Shown here piece by piece: positions 1 through 9,819 of a stretch of DNA of 64,000 nucleotides (position 1 is the first letter of the stretch; each line of letters begins with the position of its first letter). The stretch is from a phage. Location: sequence record PZ386964.1; one strand, given 5' to 3'. The position numbers were made by a program, and so were the translations under genes. Under the pieces are notes generated by a model. It saw only the letters and a list, made by a program, of their open reading frames with translations, was not told the DNA's origin and searched no databases.

Positions 1-515
1 TACATGACACCTTTGCGGTCCTTGATGTCTTCGTAGGCCGCTTGCGCACAGTCGGATAAGCGAAGGCCATAATCATGAGCTACGCCGGAAAGGTAATCGA
101 CTGCGACCATGATGGTGACATCAATATCCATGCTCTGATTTTTAGCAATGGCGTCACCAAGCCGTCCGAGAGTCTTTGCCAAGCGAAGGATAAACGAGTG
201 AGGGTGGGTACCTTTGTCAGCGCAACCGCCGCCGTTGATGTCTTCGATTTTTGCACCATTTTGCGCGGCAAGGATAGTCAATACAACAAGACAATCACCA
301 ATGTCGTCCTTGATTGCGGCCTGCAGGTCACAGATGGCCTGCTCTGTATATCCAATTTCAGGGTCAAAGAACACAAGGTCATGGAGTTGATCAACGTGGT
401 CGGTTAACTCCCCAAACTCGCTGATAAGCTTCGGGTATTGGTCCTTAAGGTCGCAACCTTGGATGATGTTACGGTCAGAAGCCCACTGGCGAATGTTTGC
501 ATAAATCTGTTTCAT
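1..515 (-). CDS. MazG-like nucleoside triphosphate pyrophosphohydrolase (partial; start codon in window, 3' end runs off window start)
   Basis: Open frame on minus strand from ATG at 515-513 to position 1 (translated by hand, no stops): MKQIYANIRQWASDRN...LISEFGELTDHV...KDDIGDCLVVL; EExxE and acidic-helix motifs typical of all-alpha MazG-type NTP-PPases. Not in the ORF track because no in-window stop. ATGA overlap with upstream gene stop. Confidence 0.5.
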   Translation of the reverse strand, partial: MKQIYANIRQWASDRNIIQGCDLKDQYPKLISEFGELTDHVDQLHDLVFFDPEIGYTEQAICDLQAAIKDDIGDCLVVLTILAAQNGAKIEDINGGGCADKGTHPHSFILRLAKTLGRLGDAIAKNQSMDIDVTIMVAVDYLSGVAHDYGLRLSDCAQAAYEDIKDRKGVM

Positions 516-1030
516 TTATTTTCCTTTGATGCATTGAATTGATCGATTTTTATTTTAGCCTGATTATAAGTATCAATCAAGCTATTAACTTTATCTTTTA
601 ATCGGTTTGTTTCTGCGGCGAACTGAACAAGAAATCTGACATCTTCTTCTGATAGTCCACAGTTTCCTTCTGGGATAGAGAGGCGTCCAGTGGTCGCAGA
701 GTCGGGCACACTCCTGAGTAACTCACGGGAGCAGCTGAGTTGCTCGCGCAACTTGATATTCCCAGACTTGTAACGAGCAATAGTGTCATCAGCAACCAGT
801 TGCGCTTCCTGGCGACCTTTCTCATATGCCGATGCCGATTCAACCTGTAAAGATGCAATTTGCTCTTCGAGTGCATTTATCTTGTCCTTACGCTCATTAA
901 GCGATGTCAGATATTGGTTATCCTTGGCCAGTGATGCGTTGGTTTGCTGCAGGTCTTCAACGTATGATCCAGCGGCAAACGCGCCAACAAGGGCCATAAT
1001 CTTCAGGAGTGGTACAATTCTTTCTATCAT
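512..1030 (-). CDS. i-spanin (Rz-like): N-terminal membrane anchor plus periplasmic coiled coil
   Basis: 172 aa; N-terminal hydrophobic segment LLKIMALVGAFAAG followed by long coiled-coil-like region; contains a fully embedded out-of-frame lipoprotein ORF, the classic Rz/Rz1 architecture. Confidence 0.6.
   Translation of the reverse strand: MIERIVPLLKIMALVGAFAAGSYVEDLQQTNASLAKDNQYLTSLNERKDKINALEEQIASLQVESASAYEKGRQEAQLVADDTIARYKSGNIKLREQLSCSRELLRSVPDSATTGRLSIPEGNCGLSEEDVRFLVQFAAETNRLKDKVNSLIDTYNQAKIKIDQFNASKENK
598..825 (-). CDS. o-spanin (Rz1-like outer-membrane lipoprotein), embedded in the i-spanin gene in another frame
   Basis: Internal Met at 825 gives MRKVARKRNWLLMTLLLVTSLGISSC...: positively charged n-region, hydrophobic core and lipobox I-S-S-C; mature part short and Pro/Ser-containing. 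Confidence 0.5.
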   Translation of the reverse strand: MRKVARKRNWLLMTLLLVTSLGISSCASNSAAPVSYSGVCPTLRPLDASLSQKETVDYQKKMSDFLFSSPQKQTD

Positions 1031-1087
1031 GATGCACCAGATAAATAAAAGGCCGCCAATCGGCAGCCTTGTTGATTTGATTGTCGA

Positions 1088-1948
1088 TTAAAACTCTTCT
1101 GCGTCGGTCGGAGTTTCATTAACAGGGCCAGCGGCACCGCTTGCTTCTTCCTGCTTGCTGCGGTCAATGTTAACGTTGCCGCCAACTACATCGTTGTGGA
1201 ATGCTTTGGCGACTTCATACAGACCTTTGTCCTGCACCAGACCTTCCAGCTCAAACTTCAGAACTGACCAGGTGTTGCCATCTTTGGACTGAGACGCAGT
1301 ACCCATGCGAACGATGTTCATGAAGGTCGGCGGAGTTTTCAGGCCCTGCGGAGTCTGAACTTTCTTCTGCTGCAGCGCGGTCATCAGCATGCGAGACGGC
1401 TTGATCATGGAAGAAGTCAGAGACAGCATTGCGCTACCAAATTCACCAGTTTCTTCGTTCAACAGAATCACGAAGTGGTTACGTGTATCTGCGTAGTAAG
1501 GTGATTTCTTCTCGTGCACCTTGCCGTTCTCGTCTGGCACAAACACCTTACCGTTGATTTCAACAGCGCGGCCTGCTGCGACTTCTGCATCAACGTGCTC
1601 TTTGGTGAATTCACCTTTAAAGCCTTTATCGTCGGACTCGCGACCGCCCCAAAGGATGAAGGTGCGTTTGAATGCGCAGGGGATGATCTGCACACCTTTC
1701 TTGCCGTCATACAATTCACCAGTAACGGTGTTGTACAACATGCCAGCTTTTGCGCCAGGAACGTGTTTTGGATCATCTTCGTCGACCATCGGAGACATCT
1801 TTTGCAGCACGACGATAAAAGGAATGGCATAAGCGTCGGCATCGGCACCTTCAAAGCCAGCGCCAAAATCGGTCATGTCGACAAAATCAGCCATAGCGGA
1901 CATCTGGGTGTTTTTCACTGCAACTTCGGTAGTTTCTTTCTTAGACAT
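1088..1948 (-). CDS. hypothetical protein; possible ssDNA-binding protein (acidic C-terminal tail ending ...TDAEEF)
   Basis: 286 aa ORF; acidic C-terminus ending in Phe resembles the tails of T7 gp2.5 and bacterial SSB; sits in replication module. Function is inference. Confidence 0.3.
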   Translation of the reverse strand: MSKKETTEVAVKNTQMSAMADFVDMTDFGAGFEGADADAYAIPFIVVLQKMSPMVDEDDPKHVPGAKAGMLYNTVTGELYDGKKGVQIIPCAFKRTFILWGGRESDDKGFKGEFTKEHVDAEVAAGRAVEINGKVFVPDENGKVHEKKSPYYADTRNHFVILLNEETGEFGSAMLSLTSSMIKPSRMLMTALQQKKVQTPQGLKTPPTFMNIVRMGTASQSKDGNTWSVLKFELEGLVQDKGLYEVAKAFHNDVVGGNVNIDRSKQEEASGAAGPVNETPTDAEEF

Positions 1949-2007
1949 TTGATGTTTTCCTATAGTATCAAGTTTCGTGGCAACCTGATTTCAAGATAAA
2001 GGTTAAA

Positions 2008-2565
2008 TTACTTTTTGCTTTTAGGCAAGGTTATTTTAGCTTCTTTATACTCAAAAACGCTAATATCTTCACTAACTGGATTACCCGCTTCCAGCTGTTC
2101 TTTTACAAATGACTTCAGTGTAGCAGAATGAATGCCTTGTTTCAACGTGGCTTCAACACCATCTTCACGCAGCGCGGCAACAATCTCTTGCGCTTGCTCG
2201 ATTTCTTCGCGACCGAACTCAGCCGTGACGCTGGACTTGATCAAGCCGCCGTAACCGTTGTTGACAAGCCAATCGAATACCTTCAATTCATTTTCTTTCT
2301 TGATTGAAGCATTTACTTTTGACTCGACCTTGATTTTGGTCTTGTCTTCAAGCTTGATTTCGGACACGCCAAGCTCATCCATAACGCCAGGAAGCAGAAC
2401 AGTTTTGATTTCACTGATGCGCTGCTTTTGCATATCAGCTTCATCTTCAAGCTCTGTCAAAGCTTCTTGGCGCTCTGCCAATTCCGATACTAAGCGCGCA
2501 AGACGCTCCTGAATGCTCTCAGGAGCAACCTGCGGCAAATCATCTTCCCAATTAATATTGCTCAT
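2008..2565 (-). CDS. hypothetical protein (coiled-coil N-terminus)
   Basis: 185 aa ORF, ATGA overlap with the upstream gene, same strand as neighbours. Confidence 0.5.
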   Translation of the reverse strand: MSNINWEDDLPQVAPESIQERLARLVSELAERQEALTELEDEADMQKQRISEIKTVLLPGVMDELGVSEIKLEDKTKIKVESKVNASIKKENELKVFDWLVNNGYGGLIKSSVTAEFGREEIEQAQEIVAALREDGVEATLKQGIHSATLKSFVKEQLEAGNPVSEDISVFEYKEAKITLPKSKK

Positions 2566-2825
2566 ATTTTACCTTCTTGCATTAGCCCTTCAACACGGGT
2601 CATTTGATAACGTTCAGGTTTCCAAGCCGCCAAAGCCTTCTCAGCGCCTTTTAAAGTCTTATATGCCTTGATGCCAGGCATAATGACGGTATTCACCCCA
2701 GCACCGTTGCCATAATCAAACTCTTTTACAACGCGGAACATGCCGTCAATTTCTTTGACCAAAAGACGTTTGAACGCGATTGCGCCAGTAGCTTCATTTT
2801 TGTAACGTTCAAGGATGCGTACCAT
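2562..2825 (-). CDS. hypothetical protein
   Basis: 87 aa ORF in operon context. Confidence 0.4.
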   Translation of the reverse strand: MVRILERYKNEATGAIAFKRLLVKEIDGMFRVVKEFDYGNGAGVNTVIMPGIKAYKTLKGAEKALAAWKPERYQMTRVEGLMQEGKI

Positions 2826-2901
2826 TTTGTATTCCTCTATTTCGTTTCGATGAAGTAATTATGACTCATCTTCCGTGACAAGTCAAATTATTTTTTTGAT
2901 A

Positions 2902-4425
2902 TTAATTCATCTTTTTGCCGTCGAGGATGTGATCAGCAAGCATTGACTTCATACTGAGTGAACGCTGAATTTCTTCGTCGATGGTATCAACACCAATAAA
3001 ATCAACATACAACACGCTTGATTTGGTGCCGATGCGGTGATTTCGGTCTTCGGATTGTTTGCGCAGCTCGTTGTCGTAGTTGCAAGAATAATAAATTGCC
3101 AAGTCAGCGGCGGTAAGCGTGATTCCGATGCCTGCCGCGGCTGCGTGACACACCAACACTTGCGTTCCACCGTTCTCGACTGTGTTTTTCTGGAAGTCAT
3201 CAATCAAGAACTCGCGCTGCTCTTTTGATGTTTCACCGTTGTACACACCAGTGACCACGCCTTCAGACTCAAGCCAGTCCTTAATCTGGTTCATCTCTTC
3301 CTTAAAGATGGCCCAAACAATGAATTTGCGCTCTGGGTCGTCTTCCAGCACCCCTTCCACATAATCCTTAAAGGCTGTGAATCGTGGGTTGTCTTCCATG
3401 TAGACCATCTCATCATACACCTTAACAAAGCCTGATGTCACCTGCTTCATCTTGGTGCGAGATGCGATCATCTCAAACTTAACGTTTTCTTCTTCGCCTT
3501 TATACTCCATCAGATAATTGTACTCATTCTTGAGTTCATCATAGACATCGCGCTGCTTAGGCGACAACTCGAAGTCGATAAACTTGTACACCTTCTCTGG
3601 AAGGTCCGGCAGGTATTCCGCTTTTGTCGCGCGGAAATAGTGCGGCTCCATCAGCCGGATAAGCTTGTCAAGGTTTTTGTACATCGGTCGGCCAAACTGG
3701 TCTTTGCGCGGCACTTGCGGAATGCCATAACCGTTGCCGCCGATTTTCTTGAGAATGGCCTGCATCTCTGGGTCGTGCGCTTCAAGCAGCACTGTAAATT
3801 CAGAGTTAAATGCGCGGAACGATTTGGTGCCAAGCAAACCTGCTTCAAGGAAGTGATACTGCATGTAAATATCAGCAGGCGAGCGCGGCAGCGGCGTACC
3901 GGAAAGGATTCGACGGGCCTTTGCCAGCCGTCCCAATTCCACAACCTTGATGGAGCGTTTGGCTGTGTTATTTTTGATACGCGTCGATTCATCAATGATC
4001 ATCAAACAGCGGTACTTCTTCAGTACGGACTCAATGTGTTGATAACCGACTGGCGTGTTCACCGTGTCAATGTTGAATGAGAAGATTCGTGCAGGCACTT
4101 CGCCTTCAGGATAGTGATCAGCAAACATCTTCTCCCAAAGTGCCTTGCCCTTTTTAGTTTTCATTTTGTCATTGCCGCGCCAGTAATGACCAATCCATTT
4201 AATGGAAAGGTGCTCTGGTGCTTCACGACGAATCCAGTTTGAGTGTACACCGTTAGGAGCGATTACAACCATGGCATCAAATGCGCCAGCGGTAAAATGC
4301 TTTTCAAACTCTGCCAAAGCGGTCCAGGTTTTGCCAAGACCCTGCTCCATGAAATAAGCAAAGTATTTTCTGCGGCCTGCTTTATCAAGCGCCAATAATT
4401 GGTGGCGCATTCCTTGTGTTTTCAT
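2902..4425 (-). CDS. SNF2-family (SF2) helicase/ATPase
   Basis: 507 aa; Walker A-like GLGKT, DEST-type motif II (MIIDESTRIKN), C-terminal helicase motifs. Confidence 0.7.
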   Translation of the reverse strand: MKTQGMRHQLLALDKAGRRKYFAYFMEQGLGKTWTALAEFEKHFTAGAFDAMVVIAPNGVHSNWIRREAPEHLSIKWIGHYWRGNDKMKTKKGKALWEKMFADHYPEGEVPARIFSFNIDTVNTPVGYQHIESVLKKYRCLMIIDESTRIKNNTAKRSIKVVELGRLAKARRILSGTPLPRSPADIYMQYHFLEAGLLGTKSFRAFNSEFTVLLEAHDPEMQAILKKIGGNGYGIPQVPRKDQFGRPMYKNLDKLIRLMEPHYFRATKAEYLPDLPEKVYKFIDFELSPKQRDVYDELKNEYNYLMEYKGEEENVKFEMIASRTKMKQVTSGFVKVYDEMVYMEDNPRFTAFKDYVEGVLEDDPERKFIVWAIFKEEMNQIKDWLESEGVVTGVYNGETSKEQREFLIDDFQKNTVENGGTQVLVCHAAAAGIGITLTAADLAIYYSCNYDNELRKQSEDRNHRIGTKSSVLYVDFIGVDTIDEEIQRSLSMKSMLADHILDGKKMN

Positions 4426-4844
4426 GACAATTCCTCTAAATACTTGATGATGTGATGAATAGTTCCCTTCACGATTATCTCACGTTGAACGTCTGCAGTA
4501 TTATAACGCTTTAATTCAATAGAAGGGTGGACTAAATAAAACATCTTCTCAGAATCAACCTTAAGCAGAACAAATGATGGGTATTTCCAATCATTCCACG
4601 AAGAAAGAAAGCTGCATTGACCTTTCTCAAATGCATTTCTGAAAGGTGCAGTGGTGACCCTTGCAGGCCACGATTCAAAGAACTTCATTTCAAGCCAAAA
4701 GCCGCGCCCTTTCCGGTTGGTGCCGATTACGTCCGGCACGCCATCACCAGTCATCGACTCGATTCGTTGAAGCTTCAATACTGACTCTGAATGCTTCTTT
4801 AAAGGTACGAATATGTATTTCTGCTCACGGTTATTTGTTGCCAT
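4422..4844 (-). CDS. VRR-NUC domain nuclease (PD-(D/E)xK)
   Basis: 140 aa; GVPDVIG...GFWLEMK matches the VRR-NUC PD..(E/D)xK signature; overlaps the SNF2 gene as in many phages. Confidence 0.55.
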   Translation of the reverse strand: MATNNREQKYIFVPLKKHSESVLKLQRIESMTGDGVPDVIGTNRKGRGFWLEMKFFESWPARVTTAPFRNAFEKGQCSFLSSWNDWKYPSFVLLKVDSEKMFYLVHPSIELKRYNTADVQREIIVKGTIHHIIKYLEELS

Positions 4845-7728
4845 CTGGATACACCTGTTTGATAACGTCGACTATGAACATGTCAATGCCTTCAAGCTTG
4901 CGACCTTTCATCAGGAAGAATGCGCCGTTCCCGACGTTTTCAGCAATGTATTTCCCGTACTTCTGGAACTTTTCTGGACGAATCCTGAAGCGCATTGGCG
5001 AGTCGGTCGAGTCGTCTTTGCACATAAGGTCGATGAACTGAGTCTCAAGCTTGTTTCCGTACTGGTCAAACTCTGCGTAGCGGCCATCAGCTTGAAGACC
5101 TTTTTTAAGCTTGCCGTGCTTTGTATAGATGCCGCGCTCAAGTCGTTTACGGATGCGTGTCGCTTCGTTCTCGTCTGCAAGCACTTTCTTTGTCAACTTG
5201 CCGATTACTATTGCACGCTCGTCATCACCGACTTCCTTCATCTGGCGTATTGAAGCGCCGGACGTCACGCCAATAAGATAAGGGTCATTATACGCCCAGC
5301 CAAACTTTGTGTGCATCTCTGTAAGGTCGCCGTATTTGACTTCAGCATTGGCCAATGCATCCTTTTGCTTTTGCGTTAAGGTTCCGGCTTCACGTGCTTC
5401 GATATACTTCATCGCCTTCACCATTCCGTATCCTTTCGCGTTCATGATGCCGCCGATTAGCTTTCCGTTCGCGATGGTCCAGTTCATCGAAGAGTGATCA
5501 GGGTCGATTGGCACATAATCCACGCCTTCTTTCGCAAGTTCACGTAGTATCGCAATCGTCTGGTCTTCGTCCTTAGCAGCGCGTAAGCAGGCAGCGGCAA
5601 ATTCCAACGGGTAGTGTCGCTTAAGCCACAAAGTCCAGTAGGTCACGACCGCGTATGACACGGAGTGTGACTTGTTAAAGCCCCATGACCCGAACGTGGC
5701 CATCGCTTGCCAAAGCTTTCTTGCATCCGCTTCCGGTACACCGTTATTTATTGCTCCTGCAACGAAGTCTTCGCCAAGCTTGTTAAAGTATTCTTCACCC
5801 TTACGGCCTGACATCGCCTTACGTACAGCGGACGTTTTCGCCCAGTCAAATGAACCAATCTCTTTAACCACGGCCATGATTTGCTCTTGGTAAAGAAACA
5901 CGCCGTAAGTCTCTTTTAAGTACGGCTCAAGCTGCGGCACGTCGTATTCAATCGGCGCACGCCCTGCCGCGCGTTCAATGTATTTCTGGGCCATACCGGA
6001 CGACAACGGGCCAGGTCGACCCAAAGCTGTCAGGTTGTCGATTTTGTTAAAGTTATCGACGTGAACAAAGTTTGTTACTGAGCGTACAGCATCACCTTCA
6101 AACTGGAAGATGCCTGACATCTTGTTTTCGTTAAGAATGTCAAGGACGCTTTGATCATCAAGCTTGATTCCGTAGAGCGTTTCAGCATCAATAACGCCTG
6201 TATCAGAAATAATGCCGAGAGTACGAAGGCCCAGCGCATCAAGCTTCAAAAGGTTTAGGTATTCGCTGTCAGGCTTATCGATTTGCGCAATCCCTTCTGC
6301 AGTTACAGTACAGTAATCAGAGATTGGGTCATTACACACAATGATTCCCGCTGCGTGAACACCTGTGTGAGACGGGTGAATCTCAAGGTCACCCATGCAA
6401 CGCGCGGCGTCAGGATATTTCGCCACGAACTCTTGACCCGTGGTCGTTGTTGCAAAGGTATCCTCCAGGCCGTGACCATAACGGGCGTCACCGGATGAGT
6501 ATTCAAGCAGTGCGTTTTTAATGTTGGCTGTTTCGTGGTATCCAATGTTGAACTTCTTACCAACTTGAGCCATTACTGAGTTGGCCTTAAGCGTGTTGAT
6601 GTTGCCAAGCTTTGCAACGTTCATTTCGCCGTATTTCTCTTTAAGATAATCAAACACCATATAGCGTTTGGTATCTTCAAAGTCGATGTCGATGTCAGGA
6701 AGGTCGGCGCGGCTTACGTCAATGAATCTGGCAAACAGCAGCTTATACGGGATTGGGTCCACTTCCGTGATGCCGAGGCAATAGCAAACAAGTGAACCGG
6801 CTGATGAGCCGCGCGCAGGACCGACGAGCATTTTTGTTTTTGCGAATCGTACAAGGTCCGCTACTACCAGAAAGTATGAGTCGAAATCTTTCAGCTGAAT
6901 CTGGTGAATTTCTTCGTTGAAGCGGTCCTCATATTCCTGAGTCCATTCTTTGATGTGACCTGCTTTTAGACGGTACTCCATCCCCTCACGCGCAAGCTTT
7001 ACCATGTCACCAGCAAGGTGAATAATCGGTGCCTTACGCAATTTCAGGTCAAGTCCGACTATGCCGTTTGCTATGTCAACAGCATTGGCCGTTGCCTGAT
7101 TGAGCTCATCTTCAGTCAAGATGCCTTTAAGCTGTTTGCGCAAGTCTTCCGCGTCAACGATGCAGTGCGGCTTGACCGTGTCGCGCACTTCCCAAGCATA
7201 AGCGAAGTCAACGTGCTCAGGAGAAGGCATGTGATTGTATCCGGTTAAAACCAGCGGCCTTCCACTGCTACGATGAGCCAATGCCTGGCGCTTTGCCAAA
7301 AGGAACGACGATGGGTTGACGTCTATATAGTCGTAGTCCTCTGGCCGCAGCAACTCCACAGCACCGCCACAGAATTTAACGACGCCATCGAGCGCACCGA
7401 ACTCTGAACGGGTAAGTCCACCGCGCTGCGTTGCAAGTGTTGTAGCATTGTAAAAAGATTTTAAGTCAAGGGCCAATATCCAAGCCTTCGGTTTGAATCC
7501 CTTTTTAGGGTCCGCATCAGGGTCGATGATTGGAATCTCCATCCCAAACATAGGCTTAATATCATTTTTCTGGCATTCCTTTTCCCAGCGAACGTGACCC
7601 CATGTATTGTTATCAACTAATGCCGCGACTTCGCAACCCAACTCTTTGAGCCGTGCTATAATTTCAGGATGCCGTCCATATACTTCTTTGAACGTGTAAC
7701 CGCTGCGAACTCTCAATTGTGGAAACAT
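4831..7728 (-). CDS. DNA polymerase III alpha-type (DnaE-like) replicative polymerase
   Basis: 965 aa; N-terminal PHP-like region; motif GSSAGSLVCYCLGITEVDP corresponds to the conserved Pol III alpha GSAAGSLVAYxLGIT region. Confidence 0.7.
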   Translation of the reverse strand: MFPQLRVRSGYTFKEVYGRHPEIIARLKELGCEVAALVDNNTWGHVRWEKECQKNDIKPMFGMEIPIIDPDADPKKGFKPKAWILALDLKSFYNATTLATQRGGLTRSEFGALDGVVKFCGGAVELLRPEDYDYIDVNPSSFLLAKRQALAHRSSGRPLVLTGYNHMPSPEHVDFAYAWEVRDTVKPHCIVDAEDLRKQLKGILTEDELNQATANAVDIANGIVGLDLKLRKAPIIHLAGDMVKLAREGMEYRLKAGHIKEWTQEYEDRFNEEIHQIQLKDFDSYFLVVADLVRFAKTKMLVGPARGSSAGSLVCYCLGITEVDPIPYKLLFARFIDVSRADLPDIDIDFEDTKRYMVFDYLKEKYGEMNVAKLGNINTLKANSVMAQVGKKFNIGYHETANIKNALLEYSSGDARYGHGLEDTFATTTTGQEFVAKYPDAARCMGDLEIHPSHTGVHAAGIIVCNDPISDYCTVTAEGIAQIDKPDSEYLNLLKLDALGLRTLGIISDTGVIDAETLYGIKLDDQSVLDILNENKMSGIFQFEGDAVRSVTNFVHVDNFNKIDNLTALGRPGPLSSGMAQKYIERAAGRAPIEYDVPQLEPYLKETYGVFLYQEQIMAVVKEIGSFDWAKTSAVRKAMSGRKGEEYFNKLGEDFVAGAINNGVPEADARKLWQAMATFGSWGFNKSHSVSYAVVTYWTLWLKRHYPLEFAAACLRAAKDEDQTIAILRELAKEGVDYVPIDPDHSSMNWTIANGKLIGGIMNAKGYGMVKAMKYIEAREAGTLTQKQKDALANAEVKYGDLTEMHTKFGWAYNDPYLIGVTSGASIRQMKEVGDDERAIVIGKLTKKVLADENEATRIRKRLERGIYTKHGKLKKGLQADGRYAEFDQYGNKLETQFIDLMCKDDSTDSPMRFRIRPEKFQKYGKYIAENVGNGAFFLMKGRKLEGIDMFIVDVIKQVYPDGNK

Positions 7729-8270
7729 TATTTACTCCATATGTCATATACGCCAATTTGCTGGCAGACTTTGTGCAGTAATATTACGTCGTCTAATGCA
7801 CGGTGCTTCTGTTCATATTTTCCGAAATATAATTCATACAACTCTTGAAGCTTAACTCTTCGACCAAAAATAGGCAAGGTTTGCTCGACCGTACAAATGT
7901 TTATATCTGGAAATGATACATCACTTAATGTAAGTCCTTCGCGCTGTAGTGCATAATCAAGAATGTTTTTATCGAACGCATGGTTGTGCGCGATAGTTGC
8001 ATCAGTCTTCTTGAAGATTTCTTTTAGCTGCGGGACGAAATTGATGAACGGTGGATTGCACTCAAGGTCTTCATTTGTTAATCCGGTAATCTTTGTGATA
8101 ATTTCTTCAATCACGATTTCAGGATTAATTATGAATTCAAACGTTTCAAGAATCTCTTTGCCGTCTGTCAACAGACCTGCAAATTCAATAGGGCGCGGCT
8201 GCATCCCAAGCGGCGCTTTCGGGTGCACGGTCAATCCGGTTGTTTCGAAGTCATAAGGGAGAAATAACAC
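7728..8270 (-). CDS. DnaQ-like 3'-5' proofreading exonuclease
   Basis: 180 aa; Exo I YDFETTGL, Exo II HNHAFD, Exo III HRALDD motifs; stop/start overlap with polymerase gene. Confidence 0.7.
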   Translation of the reverse strand: MLFLPYDFETTGLTVHPKAPLGMQPRPIEFAGLLTDGKEILETFEFIINPEIVIEEIITKITGLTNEDLECNPPFINFVPQLKEIFKKTDATIAHNHAFDKNILDYALQREGLTLSDVSFPDINICTVEQTLPIFGRRVKLQELYELYFGKYEQKHRALDDVILLHKVCQQIGVYDIWSK

Positions 8271-8282
8271 ATTAGCCTCCTA

Positions 8283-8308
8283 CAAAAAGGCCGCCCATTA
8301 GGACGGCC
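8283..8308 (-). terminator. minus-strand hairpin followed by U-run (intrinsic terminator-like)
   Basis: Plus-strand AAAAA + GGCCG...CGGCC; on the minus strand this is a 5-bp GC stem followed by UUUUU, just downstream of the VOC-like gene. Confidence 0.4.
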
Positions 8309-8324
8309 ACAGATTCACGATTCG

Positions 8325-8876
8325 TTATACAGTGTACGGAGTACCGTCTTGATTCAAGCGCACGATGAACTTCAAATCGACGCCGATGATATCGCGCGTG
8401 TCAAAGATCACGTAATTGTAGCGACGTTGACCAGCAATGTTTGGATTGGTGTGGGAGTCGGTGATGACTTCCTGCGCAACCTGAATGCCTTCTTCGCTAA
8501 AGAACTTACGCCATTCAGCAAGTTCAGCGGCAGTTACGTGCATGCCAAGATGGCTAACCTGATTGTCGTGTGCATCGATATATTCGATGTTTTCGTTGAT
8601 CCAGTTGCAGCCCATTGTGTAGTCAAGGATTTCAAGCTCAAGAGGCTTACCAGCGTCGCCATCAGTACCATTGCCAGCCTGATAGTTGAAGCGCAAGTCA
8701 GCTTCATTGGTGCAATCGTCGCGACGACCTTTAAAGTCATCAGCTTCAAATACGCGACCAGTAGCAACAACATGATCATGGAACCATTCTGTCAGGCCGA
8801 TTTTAGCCAAGAAATCCTGTGCGCGCTGAGCATCTGGAATTGACAGGGCGATTTGTTCAATTTTAAAATGTGGCAT
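8325..8876 (-). CDS. VOC-family (glyoxalase/bleomycin-resistance/dioxygenase fold) protein
   Basis: 183 aa; N-terminal MPHFKIEQIALSIPD...FLAKIGL and HLGMHV segment typical of VOC beta-alpha-beta-beta-beta modules. Confidence 0.4.
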   Translation of the reverse strand: MPHFKIEQIALSIPDAQRAQDFLAKIGLTEWFHDHVVATGRVFEADDFKGRRDDCTNEADLRFNYQAGNGTDGDAGKPLELEILDYTMGCNWINENIEYIDAHDNQVSHLGMHVTAAELAEWRKFFSEEGIQVAQEVITDSHTNPNIAGQRRYNYVIFDTRDIIGVDLKFIVRLNQDGTPYTV

Positions 8877-8896
8877 TTTGTTTCCTTAATTAAATA

Positions 8897-9067
8897 TTAT
8901 TGATTAATTACTGTGTTGCCTTCGATGGAATAAGTCTCAATGGAACCGACGCGCTCGTGGTTAATCTTTGCGTTTTCGATTCTTATTACTTCAAATCCAA
9001 CGCCTTCTTGATCAATCTTCACTTCTGCCACGTCGCCAATCACTTCTACAACAACTTTGATAGTCAT
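8897..9067 (-). CDS. small hypothetical protein (56 aa)
   Basis: ATG at 9067 immediately after the SDR gene stop; hand translation MTIKVVVEVIGDVAEVKIDQEGVGFEV...; below the ORF-track length cutoff. Confidence 0.35.
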   Translation of the reverse strand: MTIKVVVEVIGDVAEVKIDQEGVGFEVIRIENAKINHERVGSIETYSIEGNTVINQ

Positions 9068-9070
9068 GAT

Positions 9071-9754
9071 TTATTTCCCAAATGGAATATCAGTACCAGA
9101 CATAAAGCGCCATGCGCCCGTAATTAAGATATGGCGAATGAAGTCAGCAATTACTTGCGGCTCAGTTTCCAATCCATTCATCAACGCCTTTTTCTGGTAT
9201 TCAGCAGCATACTCAGGAGTCCAGCCGCGAGTCGCGCAAACAGCATCTTCAATCTGTTTGGACATGCCAGTACCGCGTAGCTTGTTAGGACTAATAGAGA
9301 ATACCGTGATCCCGTATTTAGGCGTAAGCTCGTGAGCCATCTGCTTGCTAATCATGAGCGCAGCAGCCTTGGAAGCATTATAACACAAGCTGGACGTCAT
9401 AGGAATATGCGCAGCGTTGGAAACGATATTGATCACAAAACCTTTGTTGTCAATAAGACTTTTCAGCGCGGCCTGAGTCGTGTTGACGAAAGAGAAGGCG
9501 TTGGTGTGCATAACGCGATTGAACTCTTCGTAGTTAACATCTTCGAACCAGTTGTTGGAGTTGACGCCAGCGCAGTTGATCAAGCCTTCTACATCATATG
9601 GGCTTAAAATTTCTTTCATCTGTTTAGCGTCGCGGACGTCATATCCGTATGCTGAATCGATGCCAAGCACGTTATGACCGTAAGCGCCAAGGGTGTCGAA
9701 AATAGATTTACCAAGACCGGAATTGGAACCTGTTACAACAATTACTTTTTTCAT
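9071..9754 (-). CDS. short-chain dehydrogenase/reductase (SDR) family oxidoreductase
   Basis: 227 aa; N-terminal TGSNSGLGKS (TGxxxGxG nucleotide-binding motif) and YNASK catalytic YxxxK motif. Confidence 0.7.
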   Translation of the reverse strand: MKKVIVVTGSNSGLGKSIFDTLGAYGHNVLGIDSAYGYDVRDAKQMKEILSPYDVEGLINCAGVNSNNWFEDVNYEEFNRVMHTNAFSFVNTTQAALKSLIDNKGFVINIVSNAAHIPMTSSLCYNASKAAALMISKQMAHELTPKYGITVFSISPNKLRGTGMSKQIEDAVCATRGWTPEYAAEYQKKALMNGLETEPQVIADFIRHILITGAWRFMSGTDIPFGK

Positions 9755-9819
9755 TTATTTATCCTTTTTGGACTTCGTTTCGATGAGATAAATATAACTC
9801 ATCGAAACGCACAAGTAAA

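Noticed and set aside
1088-1948. Gene immediately upstream of the spanins as a candidate endolysin
   Set aside because: No lysozyme, amidase or transglycosylase motifs; acidic C-terminal tail fits an SSB-like protein better.
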